Shown one piece after another: positions 60,780 to 64,000 of a stretch of DNA of 64,000 bases; position 1 is the first letter of the stretch, and every line of letters starts with the position of its first letter. Location of the stretch: NCBI GenBank assembly GCA_043228905.1, contig JBHGNT010000003.1, positions 1,612,001-1,676,000 on the forward strand. Reading direction: 5' to 3'. Origin of the DNA: Azolla caroliniana. Taxonomy: Eukaryota; Plantae; Polypodiophyta. The position numbers were made by a program, and so were the translations under genes. The notes beneath the pieces are model-generated. The model did not search any database and was not told where the DNA came from. It worked only from the letters and a program-made list of their open reading frames with translations.

Positions 60780-63700
60780 TGTCGAGGTATTCCTCGCGGA
60801 TGCGTGGAATGAGGCGGGACCTCGGGGGTCTTGTACCGAAGAGCAAGAGAGAAAGGAGAAGGGAAGGGACCCACTACGTGCGAGCGTAGATCCACAGGGA
60901 CACGGCCCTTCGACACGAAGACGCGAGCGGGGAAACCAACACAGAGAGGCACGAAGGTATGTATGTATATCTTAATAGAGACAAGCAACAAGAAACACGA
61001 AGTCGGTTACAACCGAACAGGCCGGTGAACAGATGCCGATGCCTGTTCGTAAACGCTCAGAAAGAAGGGAGTAGGTTGGAGGTGCTGCCGGAAGCACTCG
61101 GGCATTCCTCAGAGCAGCGCGAGCCTCCCGAAAAACCTGCACAAAAAGAAGCTACGGAGTATGGAAGAGAGAGAAGCCTTCGGCCCACAATTCGACAGCA
61201 CTTCGTCCTCTCTTACTTCGCTATCTCGACACCCTCCTCGTCTCCCTCCTTTTATAGGCAAGGAAGGAGCCGTTTCCCATTAACTTCCTACCTACCGAAT
61301 CTACCTACCTAGGATCTTCTATGTACAACATAAGGCGTGCGCCAAATTGAGTTGGGACGGAGAAAACCGGTCCAGCCTTCATTCCCCGCCTGTCGGTTCT
61401 TCCTCGGTTTCGGATCGTTCGTCGTCGCGGTCCAGGTTAACCGGATCCGGCTCGTCGTCGTGACGCTTCTTGAACGCTTTGATCCGCTTCCCAGCTACCG
61501 GTATCGCCATTCTCGTGCCGTCGAGTTCCGCCAGATGGTACGTCCCGTTGTCGTTGGCGCTTTGGACCACGTACGGCCCGAACCACCTTCTTGCGAACTT
61601 CCGTGTCGCTCGGTGCTGGTTGTCGAGGCTGCTGTCGTAGACTAGCACCCAGTCGCCTTCCTTGATCTTCTTTGGTCGGAGCCGGTGCGTCCGGTCGAAC
61701 CGGGCTTTGTTCCTCGTCCTTGCCACCCGAAGCTTTCCCGCAGCCTGCTCCACGTCCTCCGGTCTTCGCTCGAGCTGTCGTATGCGCGCCACCAACAGTT
61801 GCTCCCGGCTCATCTCGTCTTTCCAGTCCACGGTTGCCCACGAGGAGATCGTACGTTCCATTGGCATGATCGGCTTCTGCCCAAACATGAGCTCTGCCGG
61901 CATGAATCCGGTTACCGAACTGTGCGTAGTTCGGTCCGCCCACAACGCGTAAGGCAGCAGCCGCGGCCAGTTCCCGACTTGACCTCCGCATGCCCGAACT
62001 AACGCCTTGACGATCGGTCCGTGTCTGCGCTCCACCTTCCCATTCGCCTCCGGATTGTACGCAGTGGTAAGCGAGAGCTTGACTCCTAGCCGGTCGAACA
62101 ACTCCTCGACCTCTTCGGCGTCCAACTCCCCGCGATCAGCCACGATCTTCCCGACGCACCCGTACCGGCATATCATGTCCTCAATCAGGAACCGACATAC
62201 AACCACGGTCGTTTTGTTCTGAAGGGCTCGGCCTTCTACCTGGTTCGTCAGATCCTCCCGAGCCAGGACCAGATACCGCATCTGTCCTACTCCCATCGGC
62301 ATCGTCACCAGGTCTACCATCCATTTGAAGTGGATGGTCGGAGGGTACGTAGGGTGAAGCTCGTCCCGATGTCGGACTATGGAGTGCATCTAACAGCTCT
62401 CGCAAGTTGTCACGAACCGATGCACGTCCCGGTACAGTCCCGGCCACCAGTACTTCCCCTTTATCTTCTCGAACGTGGCCCACGTTCCACGGTGTCCAGC
62501 CCAAGGGCTGTCGTGGTAGGCCGTCAACAGCTCCTCCTGTTCTTCCTTCATCGCCACCACCCGGAGCGGGACACCGTTCCTCTTCTTCGGGTGCTTCCAT
62601 AAATATCCGTCTCGGAGAAAGAATCGGTATGCTTTCTTCCGGATCCGGTTGGTCTCGTCCCTTGTCCATGACGCATCCGGCGTCATGGTCCTTAAGAAAC
62701 CACCGATCTGTAGCCACTCGCCGTCGTACTTGCTCTCGTCGAAGCCGTTAAGTGCCGGAGTGCTCGTCCCATCGGTCATCACGTACGCTGCCTCGAAGAA
62801 GTCCACCCCGACTTCTTCGTCCTCCGAAACCATGCCGCCCTCGTCATCAAACCTCGCCCTCGAAAACATGTCAGCCATGGCGTTGTCCTTTCCGGAAATG
62901 TGTCGTATTTCCGGGTCCAGGGACTTGATGTATGCTATCCACCTGAGCATCGCCAGGTCCGGTGTCGCGCATCCGGAAACCATGCCGAGAATTGGCAGGC
63001 AATCCGTCTCGATAATCACTTCTGTCCCGATCAGGTAGTCTTTGTCGGCCTTTACTGCCGAAACGATACCCCAGAGTTCGCGTTTAACCTGGGCGTACCC
63101 TCGCTGTCGCTCACTGAGGACCTTCGCGCCGAATCAGATCGGGAACCGAACACCGTCCTCGTCTTCTTGGTTGACGACCCATCCGATCCCGGTCGGACTC
63201 GTATCCACCGTTATGTATACCGGGGTATCCTTCTCGTAGACCGCCTTCCGGAGCGCCGGTGCTGCTGCAAGAGCTTCCTTCAGCTTCCAGACCGACTCCG
63301 TGTGCTCGTCTCGCCACTCGAATTTTCGCCCCTTCTTCAGCAACCCGTATAGCGGCTCCGCAACGTGGGCGTAATGCGGGATCCATATGTGGTAGAATGC
63401 GCATGCCCCCAAGAACCTCCGAACTTCCGTAACCGAGCTACAGCCGGTCTTCATCGCGGAGATGGCTTCTACCTTTGCCGGAGATGGCTTCCGGCCATAT
63501 GGTCCACATAGGTGTCCGACCACCAGGATTTCTGATTGCCCGAAGGCCGATTTCTCCCCGGAGAAGGTGAGCCTCGCACCCTCTAGCCTTTGTAGCACCC
63601 TCTCGCAGTCGTCGATGTGTGTTGCCACGAATCGCCGGCATCCGTCCGGCCCGAGTGTCTCGTCCTTCTCTTCCACCGGGCACCCCTTTATCGGGATGTC

Positions 63701-64000
63701 GTCTAGAAATGGCATGGTGATGTCCGAGATGCAATCCCTCAGTACCTTGTTCATTGCATTCACCATGTGGGCCACCGAGTTGGTCCCTCCTTGTGGCAGG
63801 GTACACATTCGCACTAGGCCGAGGGGAGTTCGCATCGTCGTAATGTCTCTGCTCTCCACGGCTAGCTGGAACTGGTCGTACCCCGAGTACAGATCACCGA
63901 CCGAATAAATCGACCTTCCGGCGAAGGCCTCCGCGAACTCGTCTATGGTTAGTCCGATTCCTGCGTTCCGAATGGTCACTCTGTTGACCGGCTGCAGGTC
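60780..64000 (-). mobile_element. Ty3/Gypsy element (Gypsy-C, same lineage as Gypsy-B): 3' LTR about 60780-61378 plus pol running off the window
   Basis: LTR end TGTCGAGG at 60780, preceded by acgg. Pol is in one frame over 61379-64000 with two nonsense codons (62390, 63134). Protein closely similar to Gypsy-B pol (FLDDIPIKG, VDTSPTGIGW, YNPEANGK). Confidence 0.93.

Noticed and set aside
61223-61250. atctcgaca plus pyrimidine tract as the Gypsy-C LTR boundary and PPT
   Set aside because: Homology to the solo LTR continues through the TATA region to about 61340, so this site is LTR-internal; the true PPT and LTR start appear deleted.

Overview
Eukaryotic, AT-rich land-plant genomic DNA. Gene and TE content suggest a seed-free plant such as a fern (inference). 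Host genes: a probable first coding exon of a CAX-type cation/H+ exchanger (389-679, -); a 4-exon 130-aa conserved plant protein missed by the ORF track that needs a GC-AG intron (7091-9495, +); a 3-exon CCHC/SHAQKYF MYB-related repressor of the MYBS3/KUA1 clade (17551-21153, +); and an intronless VQ-motif gene (53529-54632, -). The middle of the window (27.8-50.3 kb) is a retroelement nest. It holds a decayed tRNA-Ala-primed Ty3/Gypsy carrying a solo LTR, and a 5'-truncated LINE split by two insertions: a very young intact Ty1/Copia (apparently identical 622-bp LTRs, CTATA TSD) and a Ty3/Gypsy element. A relative of that second Gypsy runs off the right end. This Gypsy lineage (three insertions here) is the most unusual system in the window: tRNA-Trp PBS, 4-bp CpG-centred target sites, a conserved U5 motif, a GGAUUUU-UAG-plus-hairpin -1 frameshift placed after protease, and in one member a tRNA-like Pol III cassette inside both LTRs. 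Many near-perfect 50-323 bp tandem duplications and one 100-N gap are also present. All calls come from reading the sequence by eye; no database search was run.
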